From Copranaerobaculum intestinale (GTDB taxonomy: Bacteria; Bacillota_I; Bacilli_A; Erysipelotrichales; Erysipelotrichaceae), in contig NZ_WUUQ01000006.1 in assembly GCF_009831105.1 (NCBI RefSeq), forward strand, positions 1-32,000: 32,000 nucleotides of DNA. The letters run 5' to 3'. The translations under genes were made by a program, and so were the position numbers. Shown piece after piece: positions 24,247 through 31,871 of this stretch. The notes under the pieces are model-generated. The model ran no database searches, had not been told where the DNA came from, and saw nothing but the letters and a program-made list of their open reading frames with translations. Every line of letters starts with the position of its first letter. Positions within the stretch are counted from its first letter, which is position 1.

Positions 24247-25635
24247 ATGGATAAAAATATTCTGCTTCAGCAGCGGATATCAAGAATGTATTTACGATTT
24301 TTAATTCCGACGGTGATCGGAATGGTCACGCAGTCTGTCTATTGTCTTGCGGATGTTTATTTTATTTCAGCCGGAACCGGAGCGAATGGTTTGGCAGCTT
24401 TGAATATCGCAATGCCGATTTTTACGATTATGTCAGCGATCGGTTTATGGGTCGGAGTGGGCTGCGCGACAACCATGTCGGTTAGTGAGGGCGCCGGATG
24501 TATCGAGGACAAGCACAAGGTATTTACGATGGCAATGATCCTTGCGGCGGGAGCGGGTATTGTCCTGACGCTTGGTGAATGTTTGTTCCTTGAGCCATTC
24601 AGCCGCATGCTGGGAGCTACTGACGCCCTGCTTCCGGATGTACTCACATATCTTCGCCCGATCATTCTTTTATCAACCTTTAATATCATCGGGTGGGTAT
24701 TGCAGATCGTGATTCGTGCAGACAACGCTCCTGGTCTGGTTATGGGAGCAACCGTTGTATCTTCGCTCCTCAATATTGTGCTTGATTATTTGTTTGTGAT
24801 CGTATGGCGCTGGGGATTGTTTGGGGCATCCTTTGCGACGGCACTTTCATCCTGTGTATCCTGTGCCTGGCTGTGCAGTTACTATTTCCATCGCGAACGT
24901 AATATCCGATTTGTGAAAAACTGTTGGAACGGCAAGCTCTTTCGGCGAATGATCGGCAATGGCGCGGCTTCCGCAATGCTGGAAACAAGCGCCGGTATTG
25001 TCATCATCTTATTTAATTATGCGATTTTGAATATCGCTGCGCCGATTTATCTTGCGGCCTATTCGGTCATTACGAATATTGCCTATGTCGGTAAAGGGAT
25101 TTTGAACGGATTTGCCCAAGCTGTCCAGCCAATTATTTCTACCAATCATGGAGCCAAGCTGTTTCATCGTGTACATCATTCTCTGGGCATCGCCTGTCTG
25201 TATACGGTCAGTGTCGCTCTGATTGGATATGGAATCATTCTGCTGTTTCCGGGTCAGATTGCCGGTATCTTTGCGAAAGGTGATCAAACTCTGCTGAAAT
25301 TGGCAGAGCATGGTATTCTCCTCTATTTCAGCTCGTTTGTTTTGACCGCAACCAATACGATTTTCATGTATTATTTGCAGTCGATTGAAAAGGGCCGGCT
25401 TTCCACGTTATTTACAATTATCCGCGGCTTCCTGCTGATCCTTGTCGGTCTTATGATACTGCCAAGTTGGCTGGGAATTGATGGGGTATGGTTATGTGTA
25501 ACCTTTGCGGAAGGAATTACATTATTGATCTCACTGCCTTTTATTTATAAACAGATCAGACAGGATAAAAAACGTTTACTGGAGGAGGAAGACCATGAAA
25601 AAAGTATATGTGTACCCGACTTGGGAATTGAGTAA
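24247..25635 (+). CDS. MATE-family efflux transporter (462 aa, 12 predicted TM helices)
   Basis: The N-terminal FLIPTVIGMVTQSVYCLADVYFIS and the overall two-fold hydrophobic repeat are typical of MATE. An AAGGAGTGAGG RBS is present. Confidence 0.85.
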   Translation: MDKNILLQQRISRMYLRFLIPTVIGMVTQSVYCLADVYFISAGTGANGLAALNIAMPIFTIMSAIGLWVGVGCATTMSVSEGAGCIEDKHKVFTMAMILAAGAGIVLTLGECLFLEPFSRMLGATDALLPDVLTYLRPIILLSTFNIIGWVLQIVIRADNAPGLVMGATVVSSLLNIVLDYLFVIVWRWGLFGASFATALSSCVSCAWLCSYYFHRERNIRFVKNCWNGKLFRRMIGNGAASAMLETSAGIVIILFNYAILNIAAPIYLAAYSVITNIAYVGKGILNGFAQAVQPIISTNHGAKLFHRVHHSLGIACLYTVSVALIGYGIILLFPGQIAGIFAKGDQTLLKLAEHGILLYFSSFVLTATNTIFMYYLQSIEKGRLSTLFTIIRGFLLILVGLMILPSWLGIDGVWLCVTFAEGITLLISLPFIYKQIRQDKKRLLEEEDHEKSICVPDLGIE

Positions 25636-26560
25636 ATCTCAAAAGCAGGCACTGACCCAAAACATACCGGCTTCTTTTTGCTTCGATGAGCCAAGCGAAG
25701 AACGGCTGAAAGAGGCTTCAATCATCATTGGAAATCCCCGCCGTCAGCATCTTTCCTGGTGCACCCGGCTGGAATGGATTCAGCTGATTTCAGCTGGGAG
25801 CGACCAGTACCGCACGATTCCTGAATCAATCCTGCTTACCAATGCAAGCGGTACATTTGGAACAGCGATTGCTGAGCATATGATCTGCGTTACGTTGATG
25901 ATGATGAAGCGCATGCCGCAGTATCAGCGCTATCAGATGCACAGCGTATGGAAAAATGCCGGCAGGATCGATTCTATTATCAATAGCACGTTTGTCATTT
26001 TGGGAATGGGAGATCTGGGCAGTGAATATGCCAAACGCATCAAAGCACTCGGCGGGTATGTTATCGGCATAAAAAAACATCCGGCACCATGTCCTGACTA
26101 TTTGGATGAGCTGTATACGATGGAAGCTCTGGAAAAGCTGCTGCCCCGTGCGGATGTATTGGCTATGTGCCTGCCAAATCATGAGGAAACGCAACATATC
26201 ATGAATGAGCATACCTTCACGCTTATGAAGCCTGGCTCCTACCTGATCAATACCGGGCGCGGCAGTGCAATCGATGAAACCGCACTTTGTGAGGCTTTAG
26301 ATACTCGTTTGAAAGGAGCGGCACTTGATGTCACCAAAGTGGAGCCGCTTCCCAAGGATTCACCGCTTTGGTTACGTGAGGATGTAATATTAACCCCCCA
26401 CATATCCGGTAACTGGAACTTACCTTCCACTACTGATCGCTTTCTGACGATAGCCCATGAGAATCTCTTAGCTTTTTTTGAAGGCCGTCCGCTTCATAAT
26501 CTGGTGGATCGGACCAGCGGTTATCGAAATACGCAAGGAATTTATGACGAAAGGAAATAA
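25595..26560 (+). CDS. D-isomer-specific 2-hydroxyacid dehydrogenase family protein (NAD-binding)
   Basis: GMGDLGSEYAKR (GxGxxG), the catalytic RGSAIDE, LDVTKVEPLP and TPHISG. A GGAGGAGG RBS lies 6 nt upstream of the ATG at 25595, inside the 3' end of the MATE gene. Confidence 0.85.
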   Translation: MKKVYVYPTWELSKSQKQALTQNIPASFCFDEPSEERLKEASIIIGNPRRQHLSWCTRLEWIQLISAGSDQYRTIPESILLTNASGTFGTAIAEHMICVTLMMMKRMPQYQRYQMHSVWKNAGRIDSIINSTFVILGMGDLGSEYAKRIKALGGYVIGIKKHPAPCPDYLDELYTMEALEKLLPRADVLAMCLPNHEETQHIMNEHTFTLMKPGSYLINTGRGSAIDETALCEALDTRLKGAALDVTKVEPLPKDSPLWLREDVILTPHISGNWNLPSTTDRFLTIAHENLLAFFEGRPLHNLVDRTSGYRNTQGIYDERK

Positions 26561-26578
26561 GCTGATATTTCCTTTTTT
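26553..26578 (+). terminator. Intrinsic terminator after the dehydrogenase gene
   Basis: GGAAATA - AGCTGA - TATTTCC followed by TTTTTT. Confidence 0.65.
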
Positions 26579-26720
26579 CTTACATCTTATGAATTTCTCT
26601 GAGAAAAATTAATCCCATAATTGTAAATTCTGGCATTGAATTCGCATATTGTATAACTTTCATGGATTTGGTTAACTTTACCAATTAAAATGTAGATAAC
26701 ATCATAATTGGGGAGAGTTT

Positions 26721-27161
26721 ATGAATATAAAGTTTGAAAAGAATTGCCTGATGGGTAAGGGCGATATTGTTATACAGTATAATTGTGCCAAAGAAGCAGC
26801 ACAGAAAGCATTGTATAACAGTATCGGCTCTCAAATCAGTATCAGCGTTCTGGATGAAGATCATCGTTTTAAAAGAATTTCGATATGTGATATTCAGTAT
26901 ATTGAAAATATTGACGGTCACTGTTTTCTGTATACCGCAACGGATAGTTACCGTAGTCCTTTCACGTTTAAACAACTCCATAAAAAGTTGAAAGATGTGA
27001 ATTTTATTCAAATTAATAATATTACTTTAGTAAATGAGGAGAATATTGATTCAGTAAAGATTTTGCCGGAATGTAAAAGATTGGTTACGATCAAAAGCGG
27101 TGAACGTCTATTAGTTAGCAGATCGTTTAAAGACAGTGTCAAGCATTTGATCAGCAAATAA
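26721..27161 (+). CDS. Stand-alone LytTR-domain DNA-binding protein (146 aa, no receiver domain)
   Basis: After a ~40-aa N-terminal segment comes ISVLDEDHRFKRISICDIQYIENIDGHCFLYTATDSYRSPFTFKQLHKKLKDVNFIQINNITLVNEENI ... LLVSRSF, the LytTR pattern. Confidence 0.8.
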   Translation: MNIKFEKNCLMGKGDIVIQYNCAKEAAQKALYNSIGSQISISVLDEDHRFKRISICDIQYIENIDGHCFLYTATDSYRSPFTFKQLHKKLKDVNFIQINNITLVNEENIDSVKILPECKRLVTIKSGERLLVSRSFKDSVKHLISK

Positions 27162-27190
27162 AAGGTATGGCCTGAGCCATACCCTTTTTG
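27161..27190. terminator. Bidirectional terminator between the LytTR gene and the convergent ABC permease gene
   Basis: GGTATGGC (27164-27171) - CTGA - GCCATACC (27176-27183), with AAA before it and CTTTTT after it. Confidence 0.75.
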
Positions 27191-29797
27191 TTAGGATGGA
27201 TGCTTTTTATGATTCAAAATAAGCATCCAGATCAAAAATACCAATATGGTGAGAAACGGCAGCAGTAGGATCATATTTCCGGCGGTGGAAATCGCATAGA
27301 TCCCGAGAATCTGGAACAGGTAGTGAAAATAGAACCATTTGATAGGAAAAAATACAAGCAGGGCGATCACACAGGATGTCATCAGCATCAAAATGCTCTT
27401 GGTAAGACTCAGCCGTTTCACAAAGGAATGAGACCAGCCGGTGCGGATCATAAAGCTGCGTTCCGTCTGCTTATGCATTTCCTCCTCCGTGATATTCGCA
27501 ATGGTCAGGATGATAAACATCAAAATCATGATGCCCATGACCACGGTCATAACCGCAAAAGTATTACGGTTGATCTGATGGTTGCTAACTGCCATTTGCT
27601 TCAGAATTTCATCATAGGATGTAAAACTGATCCCTTCCTTTTTCAAATAAGATTCAAATACCTTTTTCGAAACACCTTTTTTCAAATTGATAACGATACC
27701 GTTGCCGATATCATTGCCTTCCGTGTTCAGCACCAGTTTATCGATAGGAAGCTGTTTGCCTGCTGTCATAGCAGTGAAGGCGACATAACCGTTGTTGATG
27801 AGCGAATTAATACCACCCTTGATATACATGTAATTATCCTGCTGATACATGGAATGCAGAAATGGCATATATGAGAATGCCAGACCTTTTTTATGAATAC
27901 CAGCGTTGGCATTTTCATCTGTGATGGCACCTTTCAGCTCCATCAGCTTGCGCGGCAAAAGCGCTTCCCGCTGATAATAGTAGAGATTACCGAGTGCATC
28001 GACATCAACACCGGGCTTTGGATAAACCCCCGACTGTTTGTTCATGAACTGTTTGACCTTATCATTCTCTGCTGTCTGTGGATTATCCGGCTTCACATCG
28101 TCATAAAGGGTAATCAGGGCTGCGTCATAATATTGATAGACATCAATTCCATCAATCTCACCGGTTTTCTCCATGAAATAGCGAGTGCTGGTGTTTAAGA
28201 TGCTAACGTCTTTCAAATAATCCTGCTTCAGTTTTTGATACTGTTTTTTATTAAGGTGAGAGATGGTATAGTCAAACGTCAGACCAATTGTTTCCCGATT
28301 ATATAAGTGATCCAACGTTTCATAAGAACAGAAGGTCAAAAGCATGCAGAGGATCAAAAAGGAAGTAGCGAAAACGACTCGGATAAACTTAAATTTATTT
28401 GCCAGCAGATCACGCAGCGACATTTGAATCAACTGTCGCTTATAGTCAATGGTTATGCGGGGCGGTTTCTTGATCGTCAAGTCTTTTTCTTTCATCACCC
28501 GAGTCAGATTATTTGTAAAGAAATGCTTGATCTGAAGGATTATCATAATTCCCAGTAAAATAAACATCACCAGGGCTAACAGTAGCGTAATCTTCAATAA
28601 TTGCGGCGCTGCATCAAAGAACATCGACAGGTATGGCTGCTTGTGAAGCTGAAGGACGAAGCAGCCGATAAAATTCAGAACTGCACAGATTAGCAGGGTA
28701 GCTCCGGATAATACACCCAGTTCGCTTAAATAGGCCTTGATAATATTTTTCTGCTTGATGCCGCAAAGCACCATCATTGCCAGTTTGTTCTTATCTTCAT
28801 CGAGTTTGCGTTTGAAGAAGGCATAAAAGACAAAAAAATCGGAAACGATTAAGGCTGCCAAAAGGGTATAGGATAAATATTTAAATATATTCTGGGTCAT
28901 ATTGTCATCTTGGAGCTGATAGTAGAGCGGATAAATTTGTGCGTAATTGGCACCGACTGAATTAATCTGTATTAGGGTAAGCAATTTGCTTTCATTCTCT
29001 ACGGAATAATCGGTTAAATGAATTTTGTGAACAACTTGATAGAGCATATACGGTTCTTCTTCCAATTCCACAGTATTGAATTGTTTTTCGATCCGTATCG
29101 CATTCTTTTTCACTGTATCGAAATTGCCGAGGGCATGGAATTTCGTCGTCTGTAAATCTGTTTTCAAAATTGTCGTATCTTTAAGATTCGATGTCGCATC
29201 TTCTGTATAGGTGGGATCCTCATATACGCCGACGATTTTATAACGGTAATTCGTATCATTGTTGTAGAAGGTTCCGCCGATGACTTTCATGTGTTTCCTT
29301 TCAAGGTCTCTGGCGCACTGTTCATTAATGACGATTTCATTGCCTTTTAATTTACGATAGGATTTTCCCTTAAGCATTTTATAGTTGTTCGTGCCCTTGT
29401 GTGACACGTAGCCTTCCAGATAGACGTTTTGAAGCGAAGCAAGCTGCTTATCGCTCATTTGATTGACATCAATTTCATGCAAATTTTGAGCGAGGAGAAT
29501 GTTGAAATACGTATTTTCTACTGAATCCACCAGATCAATGTCATTTTCTTCATTAACGCGCGATAAATAATCGGGAATATCGTCATCACTTTCCTGATTA
29601 TCCAAATTACGGGTATCTGCAACATAGATATTGGTGTGGGCGGCATTTATTGCATTTACTTTTTGTATCATGGTTTTATTTTTCAAAGTGACCGTAGCCG
29701 ACATCTGTATTGAACATACGGTCAGTACCAGCACTAGAATGAGGATGCCGTATTGAAACAGCTTTTTATTATATAAAGCTTTAAAAATGAGTTTCAT
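27191..29797 (-). CDS. ABC transporter permease with two fused MacB/FtsX-type modules (868 aa)
   Basis: Hydropathy by eye shows TM1 (aa ~14-32), a ~270-aa soluble domain and 3 TM (~305-422). This is followed by TM5 (~470-490), a ~250-aa soluble domain and 3 TM (~747-860). FtsX-like segments are CGIKQKNIIKAYLSELGVLSG and IRTGWSHSFVKRLSLTKSILM. Confidence 0.82.
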   Translation of the reverse strand: MKLIFKALYNKKLFQYGILILVLVLTVCSIQMSATVTLKNKTMIQKVNAINAAHTNIYVADTRNLDNQESDDDIPDYLSRVNEENDIDLVDSVENTYFNILLAQNLHEIDVNQMSDKQLASLQNVYLEGYVSHKGTNNYKMLKGKSYRKLKGNEIVINEQCARDLERKHMKVIGGTFYNNDTNYRYKIVGVYEDPTYTEDATSNLKDTTILKTDLQTTKFHALGNFDTVKKNAIRIEKQFNTVELEEEPYMLYQVVHKIHLTDYSVENESKLLTLIQINSVGANYAQIYPLYYQLQDDNMTQNIFKYLSYTLLAALIVSDFFVFYAFFKRKLDEDKNKLAMMVLCGIKQKNIIKAYLSELGVLSGATLLICAVLNFIGCFVLQLHKQPYLSMFFDAAPQLLKITLLLALVMFILLGIMIILQIKHFFTNNLTRVMKEKDLTIKKPPRITIDYKRQLIQMSLRDLLANKFKFIRVVFATSFLILCMLLTFCSYETLDHLYNRETIGLTFDYTISHLNKKQYQKLKQDYLKDVSILNTSTRYFMEKTGEIDGIDVYQYYDAALITLYDDVKPDNPQTAENDKVKQFMNKQSGVYPKPGVDVDALGNLYYYQREALLPRKLMELKGAITDENANAGIHKKGLAFSYMPFLHSMYQQDNYMYIKGGINSLINNGYVAFTAMTAGKQLPIDKLVLNTEGNDIGNGIVINLKKGVSKKVFESYLKKEGISFTSYDEILKQMAVSNHQINRNTFAVMTVVMGIMILMFIILTIANITEEEMHKQTERSFMIRTGWSHSFVKRLSLTKSILMLMTSCVIALLVFFPIKWFYFHYLFQILGIYAISTAGNMILLLPFLTILVFLIWMLILNHKKHPS

Positions 29798-30516
29798 AAA
29801 ATATCCTTGACCATATCGCGAATTTTTTCTACATTTGCTTTACGGTCTTTGCCTAGCGGTTCATCCTGATAGAAGACACCGTCTTCCATAATCATGATGC
29901 GCGTTCCATATGCTGCGATCTGCGCACTGTGAGTAACCATCAAAATGCATTGGCCCTGCTCATTGAGATGCTTGAAGATTTCCATGATATCCGAAGCACT
30001 GCGGTGATCCAGCGAGGCGGTTGGTTCATCCGCAAACAGAATATCCGGTTGATTGATCATTGCCCGAGCGATTGCCGCCCGCTGTTTTTCACCTCCGGAA
30101 ACCTGGGAAGGATATTTATCCGCCAGCTGTTCAATATGCATCGAAGCCAACAGTGATCGTCCCAGCTCATAGGCATTGGGATCATATTGAAGCCGAGACA
30201 TACACACATTCTCCAAAACTGTGAGATTATCGATCATATAATTATCCTGAAAGATAAATCCGAATTTTTTAAGTCGAATTTCTTCCATCGCTTTATTCTT
30301 TTTGTCATGCAGAGACAGATCATCAAGTAATATCTGACCCGATGTGATTTCACTGAGTCCGCTGATACAGCTTAGGAAAGTGGATTTCCCGCATCCGGAT
30401 TCCCCCATGACCACAGCGAACTCGTTATCGGTTATCGTCAGGGAAATGTCTTTTAGTACCGGTATTTTTTTGTCTCCGACCTGATAGGTTTTATTGAGCT
30501 TTTCAACTTTTATCAT
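29794..30516 (-). CDS. ABC transporter ATP-binding protein (MacB/LolD-type, 240 aa)
   Basis: Walker A GESGCGKST, Q-loop FIFQDN, signature VSGGEKQR, Walker B ILFADEPTASLD, H-loop VTHS. ATGA overlap with the permease gene, and an AAGGAGCAGG RBS. Confidence 0.9.
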   Translation of the reverse strand: MIKVEKLNKTYQVGDKKIPVLKDISLTITDNEFAVVMGESGCGKSTFLSCISGLSEITSGQILLDDLSLHDKKNKAMEEIRLKKFGFIFQDNYMIDNLTVLENVCMSRLQYDPNAYELGRSLLASMHIEQLADKYPSQVSGGEKQRAAIARAMINQPDILFADEPTASLDHRSASDIMEIFKHLNEQGQCILMVTHSAQIAAYGTRIMIMEDGVFYQDEPLGKDRKANVEKIRDMVKDIL

Positions 30517-30598
30517 ATTTCCTGCTCCTTTAAGTAATAGATAAGATTTGTTATCTTTATTTTAGTACGATAAGGAATAATTGGAAAGTCCTGCTTTC

Positions 30599-30628
30599 TG
30601 TAAGTTGCCTCGTTATAATGTAACTTGC
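30599..30628. repeat. Two 10-bp direct repeats TGTAAGTTGC / TGTAACTTGC, 20 bp start to start, in the divergent ABC / LytTR promoter region (candidate LytTR box)
   Basis: Repeat 1 is 30599-30608 and repeat 2 is 30619-30628 (9/10 identical). A + strand TATAAT (30614-30619) lies between and overlapping them. A minus-strand promoter candidate, TTTCCA (complement of 30582-30587), 17 nt, TAAAAT (complement of 30559-30564), lies just beyond them towards the ABC operon. An 8-bp inverted repeat CCTGCTTT (30590-30597) / AAAGCAGG (30646-30653) encloses the repeats. Confidence 0.4.
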
Positions 30629-30688
30629 TCATTTTCACTTGCATAAAAGCAGGTTTCTTTTAGAATGGGTTTAGATGAGGTGATAGAC

Positions 30689-31137
30689 ATGAAAGTCCGA
30701 GTTGCTTGCCGTGATGAAAATCGTGAGGCAGTTATTCAGGCGGTGAATCAAGGAAATTTGGAACTCGATGAACATGCGGAATATGTTATTTTGGAAGCTG
30801 CAAGAATACCATCGACATTTTGACCGTAAAAGAGCGGGGAGAGTTTGTGCGTATCCCAATGAAAGTTGTTCTGTATCTGGAAAGTCTGCATAAGGATGTG
30901 ATTGTTCATACTCAAGACGGTTGTATGAATGCTCTGGATACCCTTTCCAATCTGGAGCTATTGCTGAGTGAAAAGGGTTTTTTAAGGGTTCATAAGTCAT
31001 ATATCGTTCAGATTGACAAGATCAAGCGGATCCGGATTAGTCTGAACACAAAGTTTCTGCTGGTCATGGAAAATCTTGATACAGTGGAGGTAAGTCGCAC
31101 GTATTATTATCGTTTTAAAGAAAGATTGGGTATATAG
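30689..31137 (+). pseudogene. Stand-alone LytTR-domain regulator split by a 1-nt frameshift (44-aa N-terminal ORF plus 105-aa LytTR ORF)
   Basis: The ATG at 30689 has a GAGGTG RBS 7 nt upstream and encodes MKVRVACRDENREAVIQAVNQGNLELDEHAEYVILEAARIPSTF, ending at the stop 30821-30823. The LytTR domain (VKERGEFVRIPMKVVLYLESL ... FLRVHKSYIVQIDKIKRI ... VSRTYYYRFKERL) continues in the -1 frame from 30820 with no RBS of its own. Adding one T to the T4 run at 30818-30821 fuses them into a 149-aa protein with the same architecture as the 26721 paralogue. Confidence 0.65.
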
Positions 31138-31149
31138 GGAGGTGATACT

Positions 31150-31829
31150 ATGAAGAGCGATGTAAATATGCTTTATTTATCCATTGCGATAGCAGTTATC
31201 TGTGGAATCTTATTACTTTTGGGTACAAAGCGCTGTATGAGCGAAATATCAATAAAGCTCTGAATCATAAAAAAGTATACAAGCTTCCTCCCATCTGGGT
31301 AGTATTACTTGTCTATATCGTTATCTGTGTTATCGTTGTTGATTCTTTTGTGAAGATAGAAAGCACCCCACGCCATATCTGTGATGTTAAACAAAATGAA
31401 TTGGTCTTTCAGTCGGAAGAAAAGGAATCGATTGATTCGATCTTATCAAAGTGGCTTTCTAAACAGAAACACGCAGATGTGTCAAAGCATGATCAGGGAA
31501 ATGGTTTTGAAGTAATTATTGGAAACAGTGAAGGTGAAAATAATATTGTTTTCGTATCTTATCACGTAAACGGAGTCGAGGAAAATGATAAGCTGGAAAT
31601 GGAAGTTAAAAATGTTCAGCAAACCTTTCATGCAAAATTCGATGATGGTCATATCCCCTATAAAAATGGGGGGAAAATTTATTTTTATTTCTATAGTAAG
31701 AATGATTCAAAATTATGTACGAAAACTTTTGAGATTTTTGTGAAAGTGAAGGGGAAAAATTATTTATCCGCGGAGAAGGAAGTAAATATGACTTCGGGTG
31801 AAGCTGTATCTTTGTATTACAAAAAGTAA
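31150..31829 (+). pseudogene. Two-TM membrane protein with a ~160-aa C-terminal domain, apparently split by a 1-nt frameshift (partner gene of the LytTR regulator)
   Basis: The ATG at 31150 has a strong GGGAGGTG RBS and gives MKSDVNMLYLSIAIAVICGILLLLGTKRCMSEISIKL-stop (31261-31263). The frame of the 31350-31829 ORF is open back to 31146 and encodes ...GYKALYERNINKALNHKKVYKLPPIWVVLLVYIVICVIVVDSFVKIESTP..., a second TM helix upstream of a GTG that lacks an RBS. One extra nt in TTTT/GGG (31217-31223) joins both frames into about 227 aa. Confidence 0.5.
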
Positions 31830-31834
31830 AAAAA

Positions 31835-31871
31835 GGGATAACGAGTGGTGTATCTATTCGTTACCCCTTTT
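31835..31871 (+). terminator. Intrinsic terminator after the 31150-31829 gene
   Basis: GGGATAACGA (31835-31844) / TCGTTACCCC (31858-31867), one mismatch, 13-nt loop, followed by TTTT. Confidence 0.6.

Noticed and set aside
26600-26720. Possible LytTR boxes (TGTAAATTC, TGTATAACT, TGTAGATAA) upstream of the first LytTR gene
   Set aside because: The copies are poorly similar to each other and to the 30599/30619 repeats. They are spaced 28 and 41 bp apart, with no helical phasing, so this is probably chance in AT-rich DNA.
30811-30825. Programmed -1 ribosomal frameshift or transcriptional slippage at ACATTTTGA in the LytTR gene
   Set aside because: The T-run is only 4 nt, there is no X-XXY-YYZ heptamer and no obvious downstream stimulatory structure. 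A mutation or a homopolymer sequencing error is the simpler explanation.
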